Shown here piece by piece: positions 17,733-28,351 of a DNA stretch of 64,000 nt (positions within the stretch are counted from its first letter, which is position 1; each line of letters begins with the position of its first letter). The notes under the pieces were generated by a model. It searched no databases. It was not told the origin of the DNA and was given only the letters and a program-made list of their open reading frames with translations. The DNA is from Candidatus Latescibacterota bacterium (GTDB lineage: Bacteria > Latescibacterota > UBA2968 > SICM01), in contig CBDCJO010000002.1 in NCBI GenBank assembly GCA_965217865.1, positions 1,984,001 to 2,048,000 of the forward strand. Direction: 5' to 3'. A program made the position numbers and the translations under genes.

Positions 17733-18176
17733 ATGAAAATCATACTTAAAGAAGAAATTGAACGCCTCGGAAAACCCGGTGAGATTGTCAGCGTGGCCGA
17801 TGGATATGCCCGGAACTACTTGATGCCCAAGGGGCTTGCCCTTCGGGTTACCAAGTCGAACATGGCCATCTATGAAGCGGAGAAACTTCAGAAAGAAATC
17901 ATTCAGAACAAGGCCAAACGCACCGCCGAGCTACTTGCCGTAGACCTTGAAAAGGTTTCTTGCACTGCGGTCGTCCCCGTTGGAGAAGATGACAGGATTT
18001 TCGGGTCGGTCACCAACCAAAACGTCGCCGATCTCCTGACGGAAAAAGGTTATAACATCGACCGGAGGAACATCCTTCTCGATGAACCCATCAAGGCTCT
18101 CGGCGTCTACACGGTCGGCATTCGGCTCCATCCAGAAGTGGAAGGAAAGGTGAAGGTTTGGGTGGTCAAAGAATAA
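17733..18176 (+). CDS. rplI: 50S ribosomal protein bL9
   Basis: MKIIL...LGKPGEIVSVADGYARNYLMP, FGSVT, PIKALG. Confidence 0.96.
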   Translation: MKIILKEEIERLGKPGEIVSVADGYARNYLMPKGLALRVTKSNMAIYEAEKLQKEIIQNKAKRTAELLAVDLEKVSCTAVVPVGEDDRIFGSVTNQNVADLLTEKGYNIDRRNILLDEPIKALGVYTVGIRLHPEVEGKVKVWVVKE

Positions 18177-18209
18177 CGAGTTGAACGCTCAGATAGATTG
18201 CGTGATCAG

Positions 18210-18243
18210 AATGGCGTGGAGATGATATCCACGCCATTTTTTT
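18210..18243 (+). terminator. Rho-independent terminator
   Basis: ATGGCGTGGA-loop-TCCACGCCAT followed by a T run. Confidence 0.85.
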
Positions 18244-18253
18244 AGAGTGCCCA

Positions 18254-19138
18254 ATGAGACAGACCAAAAAGCTAAAGATTGGGCTTGTCCAGATGACCTG
18301 CGGTGTGGACCCCGAGGGAAATTTGAAAAAAGCCGCCAGCGAAATCCGGGGGGCGGTTCAGCAGGGGGCCCAAATCATCTGCCTCCAGGAGCTGTTCAGA
18401 ACCCCCTACTTTTGCAGGGAGGAGGACGAAACCCAATTCGACTTAGCGGAACCAATCCCGGGTCCGACGACGGATCGCCTATCGGACGTAGCCAGGGAGA
18501 CAGGCGCGGTGGTGATCGCATCGCTGTTCGAGAGGAGAACCGCCGGGATTTATCACAATACGGCGGTCGTGATCGACGATAACGGATCGCTCTTGGGAAT
18601 CTACCGGAAAACCCACATCCCGGATGATCCGTTGTACTATGAAAAATTTTACTTCACACCGGGAGACCTAGGGTTCCGGGTGTTCGATACCAAGCTCGGA
18701 CGGATCGGGGTTCTGGTATGCTGGGATCAATGGTACCCCGAAGCGGCGCGACTCACCGCTCTGAAGGGGGCCGAGATCCTCTTCTATCCCACGGCCATCG
18801 GTTGGCATCCGAAAGAAAAAAAAGATCACGGGGATTCACAATTCGACGCATGGCAGACGATCCAGCGATCCCACGCCATCGCAAATGGTGTTTATGTGGC
18901 ATCAGTCAATCGGGTGGGATTGGAGGGGGCCGGGGGAAGACGTGTTGAATTCTGGGGAGGATCGTTTGTCTGCGATCCCTTCGGAAGGATGTTAGGCCAA
19001 GCAGCTCACGACCGTGAAGAAACCCTCGTCGTGGAGTGCGATCTTCAAGAACTGGAGACGATCCGAAGAAACTGGCCTTTTTTGCGCGACCGGCGCATCG
19101 ACATGTACGAAGGCATCACGAGAAGGCTAATTGATTGA
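18254..19138 (+). CDS. aguB: N-carbamoylputrescine amidase (nitrilase family)
   Basis: LQELF, YRKTHIPDDP.YYEKFYF, CWDQWYPEAAR; adjacent to aguA. Confidence 0.88.
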   Translation: MRQTKKLKIGLVQMTCGVDPEGNLKKAASEIRGAVQQGAQIICLQELFRTPYFCREEDETQFDLAEPIPGPTTDRLSDVARETGAVVIASLFERRTAGIYHNTAVVIDDNGSLLGIYRKTHIPDDPLYYEKFYFTPGDLGFRVFDTKLGRIGVLVCWDQWYPEAARLTALKGAEILFYPTAIGWHPKEKKDHGDSQFDAWQTIQRSHAIANGVYVASVNRVGLEGAGGRRVEFWGGSFVCDPFGRMLGQAAHDREETLVVECDLQELETIRRNWPFLRDRRIDMYEGITRRLID

Positions 19139-20192
19139 TATGGCTTCTCCGAAGGGCTTTAGGATGCCCGCCGAGTGGGAACCCCACACGGCCACCTGGA
19201 TTGCCTGGCCGCATAATCGGGACGACTGGCCTGGAACGTTCAGGGCAATCCCCTCGGTATTTACCGAGATTGTCCGACATCTCCATCAAGTTGAGAGAGT
19301 CCGAATCCTGGTTTCGGACGAGAAGATGGAGCGCCGGGCGTCATCAACGCTCGTCCGCAGCAACGTCGATTTGACCCGGGTCGACTTCTATCGGTTCCCC
19401 ACGGACCGTTCCTGGACACGAGACTTCGGTCCGATCTTCGTAAAGCGGGGGGCGGAAATCGCTGCTACAAACTGGAAGTTCAATGCCTGGTCCCGCTACA
19501 GCGACTGGCGAAGAGACGATCGCGTTTCAGATAGGATTAGCAAAACCACAGGAATTCGACAGTCCAAGCCCGTTGCAACCGTAAAAACCCGGCAAATGCG
19601 TCTTGTGCTCGAGGGAGGAAGCATCGATGTGAATGGCAGGGGCACCCTGCTCACAACGGAAGAGTGTCTCCTGAGCTCTGTGCAGGAGAGGAACCCGGGT
19701 TTGGCTCGGGAGGAATTGGAACATGTCTTTGCGGAATATCTCGGCATCCGTAAGGTGCTCTGGCTGAGGAGAGGGATTGCCGGGGACGATACGCACGGTC
19801 ACGTCGATGACATTGCGAGGTTCGTGGCCCCGGGAACCGTCGTAGCAGCCGAAGAGGACGATCCTACGGATGAGAACTACGGGGTTTTGCGGGAAAATAT
19901 CAAACTTCTGAAAGCAACGACGGACCAGGATGGAAAACGGCTCCGTATCGTATCCCTGCCTATGCCCGAACCGGTGTTCTTCGACGGACACCGCCTCCCC
20001 GCGAGCTACGCCAACTTTTACATAGCCAACGGCCTTGTCCTTGTCCCCACATTCAACGATCCGAAAGACCGCAGGGCCTTATCCACCTTTTCTGCCCTGT
20101 TTCCGGACAGAAAGGTCGTGGGCATTCACGCCGTGGATCTGGTATGGGGCCTGGGGGCCCTGCACTGCGTGACGCTGCAGCAGCCCGCGTAA
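19131..20192 (+). CDS. aguA: Agmatine deiminase
   Basis: MPAEWEPH, WTRDFGP, LEGGSID, DDTHGHVD, GALHCVT. Confidence 0.92.
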   Translation: MIDMASPKGFRMPAEWEPHTATWIAWPHNRDDWPGTFRAIPSVFTEIVRHLHQVERVRILVSDEKMERRASSTLVRSNVDLTRVDFYRFPTDRSWTRDFGPIFVKRGAEIAATNWKFNAWSRYSDWRRDDRVSDRISKTTGIRQSKPVATVKTRQMRLVLEGGSIDVNGRGTLLTTEECLLSSVQERNPGLAREELEHVFAEYLGIRKVLWLRRGIAGDDTHGHVDDIARFVAPGTVVAAEEDDPTDENYGVLRENIKLLKATTDQDGKRLRIVSLPMPEPVFFDGHRLPASYANFYIANGLVLVPTFNDPKDRRALSTFSALFPDRKVVGIHAVDLVWGLGALHCVTLQQPA

Positions 20193-20274
20193 ACCCCCCG
20201 AGATGACTCTCCGATTTACCTTTGGGCGCGATTCGATTTCTCTTCGTCTTTGAGACAACTCAAAATCAAAAAAA

Positions 20275-20882
20275 GTCATCCTGAGTCCCTTCACTGCTTC
20301 AGGACAAACTCGGATGAAGCCGGATGAGTTTCGCGGTTTTTGCCGCGGAGTCGTAAGGAGGGGGATCTCGTTTTTCGGATCCCTCTGAAACAGTTTAAGA
20401 ACGAGGTTCTTTTCCCGTCGAGATCCCCCCGACTTCGTTCCGCAAAAACCGCGGAACTCCGGAGGGCAGGCTTCGCTATCGCTCATGATGACATTATGTC
20501 TCGTGATATTGGATCGACTTTAAAGCAAGCTTGTACATGAGCCCTTTATCAATTTCTCTTCCTCTATTTAGACTATTGACACCAAATATGTCATCCGCAG
20601 CCCCTTCGACAAGCTCAGGGTAAACTCCGTGGCCGATCCTTGGCCACAGAGTCGAAGGGAATCTCGTTTTTCGGAAAACGAAATATCAAGAGGTATAACG
20701 ATTTCTGTTCGTCTATTAGACAATTCAAACCAAATATGTCATTCTGAGCCCCTTCGACAAGCTCAGGACATGCTCCGGCGAAGAATCTCTGTTTTCGGTT
20801 ATCTCTGAAGGCTACAAAAGATGCGGACATCTTAGGGTTTCTTTGCATTTTCCATTTTTAACTTTCCATTTTCCATTTCCAT
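20275..20882. repeat. REP-like cluster (GTCATYCTGAG...GAATCTC family); related copies at ~24187-24281, 36700-36860 and 44433-44541
   Basis: Recurrent GTCATYCTGAGC-CCTTCGAC-GCTCAGG and GAAGAATCTC/GAGATTCTTCG units. Confidence 0.75.
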
Positions 20883-20926
20883 GCTGGTCTAATTCTGTTA
20901 CGCCATAATAAACAAGGAAAAAGACC

Positions 20927-21670
20927 ATGAGGCTTCACGAAAAGGTAATCGTCATCACCGGAGGGGCATCCGGAATCGGTGGGGCGACGGCCGTCGTCTG
21001 TGCCCAAGAGGGGGCGAGAGTGGTGATTGGAGACATCAATATCGCGGACGGCAGTGAGATCGTCAAGAAGATCATCGGAGGAGGAGGCCAGGCGAAATTT
21101 GTGCAGACAGACGTGACACAAGATTCGGATGCCGGACGCCTGATCGAACAGGCCGAATCGTCCTTCGGCAGCCTCGATGTTTTGATCACCTGCGCGGGCA
21201 TCCTTCAGGGGGCGATGGTGCCGGTCGAAAATTTTGATGAGACCACCTGGGACCGCGTTCTCGGCGTAAACCTAAGGGGAACCTTGCTGTGTACAAAGCA
21301 CGCCGTTCCGGCCATCAAGCGGGCGGGAGGTGGCGTCATTCTATTCGTATCTTCAGTCGCGGGAGTGATAGGAGGAAGCTCATCAGTCGCCTACGGCGCC
21401 AGTAAGGGGGGCGTTCACGGGTTTGGACTTACCCTGATGGACCTCGCGGGTGAAAGCATCCGTGTGAATGTCGTGTGTCCCGGAAGCATCGATACTCCGT
21501 TGAAGCGGACCGCGATCGCCGATATCGCGGAGATGGCCGGGGAATCCGGTGAGGACGCCGTTTCATCCGCGCGCCCCGGCCTCGGAGATCCCGAAGGCGC
21601 CGGAAAGATCCTTGCGTTCCTCGCGTCCGATGACGCGGACTTCGTGCGCGGGACCGTGTTCACTCGCTAG
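20927..21670 (+). CDS. SDR-family oxidoreductase
   Basis: TGGASGIG, YGASKGG, IRVNVVCPG. Confidence 0.93.
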   Translation: MRLHEKVIVITGGASGIGGATAVVCAQEGARVVIGDINIADGSEIVKKIIGGGGQAKFVQTDVTQDSDAGRLIEQAESSFGSLDVLITCAGILQGAMVPVENFDETTWDRVLGVNLRGTLLCTKHAVPAIKRAGGGVILFVSSVAGVIGGSSSVAYGASKGGVHGFGLTLMDLAGESIRVNVVCPGSIDTPLKRTAIADIAEMAGESGEDAVSSARPGLGDPEGAGKILAFLASDDADFVRGTVFTR

Positions 21671-21747
21671 GGACCCCCTAGCCCCCGACCGTCCCTTCAT
21701 TGAATATTGAATATTGGAACAACCAAGGACTTTCTTGTGGCCATCGT

Positions 21748-22226
21748 CTATGGTCCATCGTCTCTTTTTCCATTTTCCATTTTCCATTTTGCACCTTGCA
21801 TTTCCCTCCCGCCTCTGCCCCCTATCTTCTCATCTAGTGAAATTCTACCCGGACCAATCAACAGAAGACTGAAAAACAGAATCGCTGCTTCAAGGGCGTG
21901 GGAGAACTTTTGAAATGGATCACCGCTATTCACGTGCATAAGCGTGGCTACAACCATCGTGCACAATAGCAAGAAGCACGCTGGGCGGGTAACAGCCCAA
22001 GCAGGAGCAGCAAACCACCTCCAAATTCAGAGATAGCTGCCATAAAGCCCATGAAGGTATGGGCAGAGTTTATACCTATGGCCGATAATGCGCCACCAAC
22101 CTTTGTCCATGCTTCCGGGCCTCCTGTCAGCTTAGGAAAACCATGAAGCATAAACATGATACCGATGCCGATCCTTAAAACAAGAAGGCCCTCATTGCGA
22201 TATTTATCAAGTTGACGAAATATCAT
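21748..22226 (-). pseudogene. DoxX-family membrane protein, frameshifted near 21985
   Basis: LLVLRIGIG..FMLHGFPKL...EFGGG in one frame, continuing TMVVA...GPGRISLD in another. Confidence 0.8.
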
Positions 22227-23714
22227 TTCAACTCCTTTGATCTCTCAGCAATTGTTCGATTTCCCTTTCACACACTTCTCATAAAAATCGATTAGGGACT
22301 GGCCGTTCATGACTATAAGATATAGAATTTAGCCTTAGATCGAAAACGATTAAGCCGATTCTCAATCCGCTCGGGAGCGAATTCCCGCGCTACCTAAAAA
22401 AATCCGCCTAAGGCGGACTCTCCTGCCTTCTCCGACATCCGATCTTTGCCTTTTGCACTTTCCATTTTGCACCTTGCATTTTCCTTCCCCACTCCCTTTC
22501 CAATTTTGCGCGCGCGCGCAGAATTCGAGAAGCCCTGTGCGATTTCATAGCGTAAGACACTGTAATTATTTCTAATAGGGCGTGCCGCGACGTGGATCAG
22601 GGTTCGCACCATCGGACGTTCAATGGATTTCTTTCCGCGAGCGGTCAGTTGAACAAAAAATGTCGGCGAACCTCCCTACCGGGCTTAATCCGGTTTCCAC
22701 CTTACCTTGAAAACCTACCTGCCTGAAGAAGGTTCAATCGCCCAAGTCTGATATGTTTCCTTTTGAGTCTTCTTATCAAAATTCATAGCTCATAATCATC
22801 TCACTCTGGTGTCCGCGAATTAGCTTGAGCCCAGGTATTCTCTCGCGTCCGAATAGTATCTAAGCCGCTTCAGGCCCTGACTCCTGCCTTTGCTCTTCCT
22901 GCCACTGCCACCTGCTACTGCTTCCCTTACCTCTGACCTCCAACCCTTGTCTTTTCCTGACCTTCGACCTCCGATAAACGTCTTAATTAATTGCGCATAA
23001 ATACCGGTAGAATATCGCTTAAACTGGCCTGCTCCTTTCCTAAAGCCAATGCCTGGACCGTCTCACGATTTCACGGTTTTTCTTTCCCCCGACCTCTGGC
23101 CTCCGACCCTCGGTTTTTCCCGACCGTGGCTTTCGGAGACGAAAACCCGGTTACGGAAACATCCGCTGGCACTGTCGGACTCCGAGGGCCATATCCCACC
23201 GCTGCCGGATAAATGCTGCCACGGTCTTTCCGTCCAGGCATTACTGATCACGCTGAAGTCCTTGCAAATCTTCCTCAAGGGAGCATCGATCTGCGCAAAT
23301 TGCTCTTCGCTCAGCCACCGTGGAGGCCCTCCCCTCAACGAGCTAGGACATGGGGCACTGTTCGAACATCTGCCCCGGTAGGCTACGGTTCGAGGCCCAT
23401 CGCCAGGAAGTCGGACAACCTCTCGACCGCTGTTCCGTCCGGAGACCGCTATATACGCAATTATTTATGACGTAAAAACTCAGCAAGCGCCTAGCGTAGT
23501 TTAAATCCGTGATATCCTTCCTGAAGGAGCTTTGAATTTCTTAGGACGAGCGTCCGACACTGATGTCTCGAATGTCGTATCAGAGTACAATCTTACTTCT
23601 CCGAGTTTCATTCGCTCCTCGTATCAGACCTCTGACCCCTGCCTAACTTGCTTAACGCACTCCGCTAGGAGAGATTCGGTCTGAATTTGGATGCCGGTTT
23701 CCGGCAGCTTAAAC

Positions 23715-24085
23715 TTAGTCTATCTGCTTTCTTTGAAAAGAGATACAGGTCAGCTTCCGTTGGAGTTTTCATCAGCTTCGGTAGTGTATCCAGATCAATT
23801 TTGAACGCGCGTTCAAAATTGGAACGCTAAGACTTCTGGCCACTGTCCCTGGCTTTTCCCGACCTTTGGCCTTTGGCTCTTCCCAGCCCTTGCATTTGCC
23901 TTCCCACTACCACTTGTTACTGCCTTCCCTTAGCTCTTCCTGACCCATGACCAGCTCTTCCCGTCTACTTCAACTTTATCTATCTGCTTTTATTCCAAAT
24001 AGATGTCGGTTGGCTTCCTTCGAGATTTTCATCAACTTTCGATAACGCGAAAGGTTAATTCTGCGCGCGCGCGCAGAATTGGAAA
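23715..24085 (-). pseudogene. Two tandem ~110-bp relics of a DUF1016-N-like gene
   Basis: PILNARSKLIWIHYR and PILRARAELT..SRYRKLMKI. The two segments form a diverged direct repeat. Confidence 0.5.
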
Positions 24086-24574
24086 GGACTGGTGAAACCG
24101 AGGGGATTCATACAATCCTCACGCTGATTCCTACCACCTTGGCCAGCCGGGGGGGACCTGTTCTCCGCCTTCCGACTCGTCCTGCAGTCACTCGAGAAGC
24201 AGGGCTAAGAATCTCGGTTTTTGATTGGCTGATACCTTTAGATGGACAACCGAGATTCTTCGCTAGCGCTCAGAATGACACATAATGCTACCCATTCTGT
24301 GTTCTGACTTCCTGTATTCTGTATTCCAATTTCGAGGACCGGGATGGGCTTGGGGGAGTCCGCCTGCGGCGGACTTCATATGCGTAGCACGGGAATTCAT
24401 TCCCGTGCGAGACACCATCCAAAACCAAGACCTGCTGCTTCTCATTCTGTATTCTGTATTCTATCTTCCGGGGGGATGGGCGGAAGGGCCCTACTCTACT
24501 GATTTTATCTTGACATCTCAACGGCTTTGGGCCATTCATGTCGGGTAAACCTCTCTGGGGAAAACGATGTCGAC

Positions 24575-25801
24575 ATGCTGAAAAATCCACCGCGGGAAAA
24601 AGAATGGGTGTCCTGGTTGTTCGTCGGTCTCTGGACACTCATTATCTTCCTGACCATTCCTTTCGCCCGCGCCATCCAGAAATTCGTCTATCTCCATTGG
24701 GGTCGCGAGACCTTTGCCTACGCTGTAATCGGCGTTGTTGTGGCCGCCTGTGCCGCCGGCGTTATCTACCTTCTTCGCACGAGAATGACCCTGCGCAGCT
24801 ATGTATGGCTGCTGGTCATATCGGCGATCTTTGTCAAGTATACGATTGAACTCACAAGCCCCGAAGAGTCCCTTCACTTTATCGAGTACGGCCTCCTCGG
24901 GTTTCTGGCCTATCGTGCGATTTTACATCGCATCAGAGATGTAAGTATCTATTTCGTTTGTGCGATCCTTTGCACCACCATTGGGACGATCGATGAACTG
25001 GTACAGTGGTTAACCCCGGAGAGATATTGGGGACTCAGGGATATATGGTTGAACGGATTTGCAGGCGCCCTCTCACAAGTCGCGATAGCGAAAGGCTTGA
25101 GACCGACTTTGATATCGAGGAGCCTGAGCGCCGTCGGCATCCGATGGCTTTGTCGGGTTTCCGGGATCGCGGTGATATTGCTCGTTGTCTCCTTCCTCAA
25201 CACACCGGATCGGATCGCAACCTATTCCGAGCGTTATCCTTTTCTGGCACACCTGAAAAACCAGCAGAGCATGATGTTCGAATACGGCTATCTTTACGAC
25301 GATCCTGACACCGGGATTTTTCGCTCCCGCCTTTCCCCCGAGGAGCTCCATCGAAACGACTCAGAACGAGGCGCTGAGGCCGCTCGGGTCCTTGACCGCT
25401 TTCACGATAATGCTTCATATGAGTCGTTTCTTAAGCGATATTCACCGGTCACCGATCCCTTCATACACGAGGCGAGAGTCCACGTGTTCAGGAGAGACGC
25501 CTATCTGATAAATTCCGAAAAACACACGAATGACGAAATTAATTACCGGACTCACCTCACCGTGGCCTACCGAGAAAACAGAATCTTGGAGAAATACTTT
25601 AAAAATACCCTTGCCCAATCCAGCTACGTCCTGTCGCCAGAGCAAATCGATATGTTGGAAGAGAACTTGATAACCGACCACAAATATGAAAGTCCCGTCA
25701 GCAAAGGCCTGGTCACAGGCGTGAGGGAATGGCAGGTCATAGGTCTTCTGGTTGTTGTGCTGTTGGGCTTGGCTTTTGTGGATATTAAACAGCGCAACTG
25801 A
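24575..25801 (+). CDS. VanZ-like membrane protein with an extracytoplasmic domain
   Basis: EESLHFIEYG and GTIDELVQ..PERY...RDI motifs; multiple TM helices. Confidence 0.75.
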   Translation: MLKNPPREKEWVSWLFVGLWTLIIFLTIPFARAIQKFVYLHWGRETFAYAVIGVVVAACAAGVIYLLRTRMTLRSYVWLLVISAIFVKYTIELTSPEESLHFIEYGLLGFLAYRAILHRIRDVSIYFVCAILCTTIGTIDELVQWLTPERYWGLRDIWLNGFAGALSQVAIAKGLRPTLISRSLSAVGIRWLCRVSGIAVILLVVSFLNTPDRIATYSERYPFLAHLKNQQSMMFEYGYLYDDPDTGIFRSRLSPEELHRNDSERGAEAARVLDRFHDNASYESFLKRYSPVTDPFIHEARVHVFRRDAYLINSEKHTNDEINYRTHLTVAYRENRILEKYFKNTLAQSSYVLSPEQIDMLEENLITDHKYESPVSKGLVTGVREWQVIGLLVVVLLGLAFVDIKQRN

Positions 25802-26075
25802 ACGAAGGCCTCGATAGGTAATGGGATAGCCCCTTAAATTTGTGGGACCCGACTCCAGTCGGGGAAGCCGGGGTTCGCGGATCGTGACTCGGAAAAGGCC
25901 GTATCTTATCGATTAAAACCCTTGACCGTTCCTAAATTTTTCGGATTCATTACGAATCACGATAAAGTGGTCCTGCCCCTACAGAGCCAGGTTCCCAGTG
26001 GAGACCCGTCCCACAACTTGTGGCCATATAAGGCCAGGGGGTTTAACTGGGGCTGAGCGCAGTGAGCCTTGAAAT

Positions 26076-27041
26076 ATGAAATTCAACCCATTTTCCCCTC
26101 TCCCGACCCGTTTTCGGTTGACCCGCAGGCATTTCCTGAAGTCGATGGCGGCTGGCGGAACGTCCCTCCTGGCGAGCGGACCTTTCCGATCTGCCTGGAG
26201 CGCGAGCGGATCCACAGAGGGATCGGTCCGGCTCGTCTTCTACACGGATATCCACGCCCGGACCGAATGGGACACACCACAAGCCATGGAACGAGCCGCG
26301 AACGCGATCAACGGACAGGGAGCGGACCTGGCCATTGCGGGCGGAGACCTGATTACCGACGGCTTCCAGTCTTCCGCAGAAACCGTGGCACCCAGGTGGG
26401 ACGCTTACCTGGCTTTCCATCGCCGAGTTCACGGTGATATTTATCCGGTCATCGGCAATCACGACCTGGTTGCCGCGATCCCTGAAGATGGAACCCAACC
26501 CAGTCCGGATCCCCGGGGGATCTTTCGCAAAAAATTAGGCCTCGATTCCACATATTACGCCTTCGATGCCGTGGGCTATCACTTCGTGGTCCTGGACGCC
26601 ATCCTGGTAACAGGTGGAAAATTGAAATACAACGGGTTGATCACGCCCGAACAGTTGGAATGGTTAAGGGGAGATCTTGCCCTGGTCTCCAGGGATACTC
26701 CGATCGTACTCGTCTCGCATATCCCGCTTCTCACGGCCTTTTTCGCAGCCACAGAAGGTTCGACGACCGCAGGTCCGAAGAACCGCGTATTGGTCAACAA
26801 CACCCAGGTCCTGGATCTCTTTCAGGATCACAACCTGATCCTTGTCCTCCAGGGCCATCTCCACGTCAGTGAGCTCCTACGATGGCGAAACACCACCTTC
26901 TTGACAGGGGGTGCGATCTGTGGGAAGTGGTGGCGCGGCCCCTGGTACGGTACCGAGGAGGGATTCTGCGTGATGGACCTCACCGGCGATCACATCGAAT
27001 GGAATTACATCGATTATGGATGGGAAGCCCGCCGTCCATAG
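26076..27041 (+). CDS. Tat-exported metallophosphoesterase
   Basis: TRRHFLK signal; DIH, GD, GNHD, HIP and GHLH motifs. Confidence 0.9.
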   Translation: MKFNPFSPLPTRFRLTRRHFLKSMAAGGTSLLASGPFRSAWSASGSTEGSVRLVFYTDIHARTEWDTPQAMERAANAINGQGADLAIAGGDLITDGFQSSAETVAPRWDAYLAFHRRVHGDIYPVIGNHDLVAAIPEDGTQPSPDPRGIFRKKLGLDSTYYAFDAVGYHFVVLDAILVTGGKLKYNGLITPEQLEWLRGDLALVSRDTPIVLVSHIPLLTAFFAATEGSTTAGPKNRVLVNNTQVLDLFQDHNLILVLQGHLHVSELLRWRNTTFLTGGAICGKWWRGPWYGTEEGFCVMDLTGDHIEWNYIDYGWEARRP

Positions 27042-27058
27042 ATCTAAGAGGAGTTGCT

Positions 27059-28270
27059 TTGAATTTTCCGATGCACGCAGGGTATAGCCGATTGGTGGAT
27101 GTGGCCGTTGAAAGTCACAAGGGCGGCCGGAGAACCGATAATATCTATGAAAAGGACATCGATCTGGCGCGTCTTTACAGCTACGGCTTCCGGATCCATA
27201 CGATCGGGACTTTTCACGCCACCAGGCTCGCGATCGAGTCCTTTAGGGCGGACGACACGGCCGCTCAAACCCAACTTCTCCGTGCCCGTGAACAACTTCT
27301 AGACCTGATCAATCAGGGACTGGAACCCGTGCCTGACGATTTTCGGGTTGTAATCTCGACCCTCTACAGATATGACCGGGGTGTGCGCCGGGTAATGGAT
27401 GCCCTGGAGGGTGCCCACCTCGCTTTGAACGACGCGAGGTTGGAGCACATCGCCAAACGTTTTGCAGAAGTCGTGGGGGAGATCACTTCCCGGAACGGAA
27501 TCCACCTGACCCTCGACACAGAAGCTCCCGAACAGGCGTCTTTTATCGTTCCGAACCTGGGGATCACCATCGTCCCGCTGATCTACGGCGATCATCACTC
27601 GTGGAATCTGGCATTTCTGCACCCGGATATGCTGGACGTCCCCATGCATCGACACCACTACGGGGTCGAGATCCACCTGGGCTTCGACCCCCTCGAGGGA
27701 TACATGGTCCTGGGCGATTGCAAAGCCCCGGTATCGGAGGGTTACGCCCTGCCGATTCCGCCGATGACCCGCCACGGATGGTCCAACACCTCCGGTCAAG
27801 TCCATCACGTCCCGTTCATCTTCGGCTCCCTCAAACACGCAGGTTGGGGGATATACTTCGATGTCGATCCCCATCCGAAGCCGCTTAATGCGCTTCGACC
27901 CGTGGACCGCGCGGGTTGGCAGATGGGCCCAACCGTGTTCCTGGAGCGGGAAATTGAATCCGCTGCGCGGATGAGCGCCTCGCGGCGTCGCGTCATTGTT
28001 CCGGCCCCGTCCATGGACCGAAACGGAAGCGGGGGCCTGGAATTGGCCGTGTCCAGGGCCAACGAGTCGGGCTTGACTTTTCCGGTCAGCGACTACCGAA
28101 TCGTTTCCGTTGTTCGCGGAAAGGGTGTTGCCCGAATTGGGCCCGTGGAACGCCTGGCCCATTCTCACCATCACCTCGGGATCCCCCCAGGCATGTCCGC
28201 CATCTTTTGTCAGGAAGGACCGGACCCCCTGGTGCTCCTCGACGCCCTAATTGTCGGATCCGGGCGTTAA
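27059..28270 (+). CDS. Hypothetical cupin-like protein
   Basis: TTG start after GAGGAG; HRHHYGVEIH...IPPMTRHGW cupin-like metal motifs. Confidence 0.65.
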   Translation: MNFPMHAGYSRLVDVAVESHKGGRRTDNIYEKDIDLARLYSYGFRIHTIGTFHATRLAIESFRADDTAAQTQLLRAREQLLDLINQGLEPVPDDFRVVISTLYRYDRGVRRVMDALEGAHLALNDARLEHIAKRFAEVVGEITSRNGIHLTLDTEAPEQASFIVPNLGITIVPLIYGDHHSWNLAFLHPDMLDVPMHRHHYGVEIHLGFDPLEGYMVLGDCKAPVSEGYALPIPPMTRHGWSNTSGQVHHVPFIFGSLKHAGWGIYFDVDPHPKPLNALRPVDRAGWQMGPTVFLEREIESAARMSASRRRVIVPAPSMDRNGSGGLELAVSRANESGLTFPVSDYRIVSVVRGKGVARIGPVERLAHSHHHLGIPPGMSAIFCQEGPDPLVLLDALIVGSGR

Positions 28271-28351
28271 CGCCGAGAACTTCCAAACCTGGTATCGTGT
28301 CCCTTTAGACGCGATATTTGCATTTTCCATTTCCACAAGGAGTCGTGAATT

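Noticed and set aside
20275-20800. CRISPR array
   Set aside because: The repeats are degenerate, palindromic and irregularly spaced, and there are no cas genes; REP-like instead.
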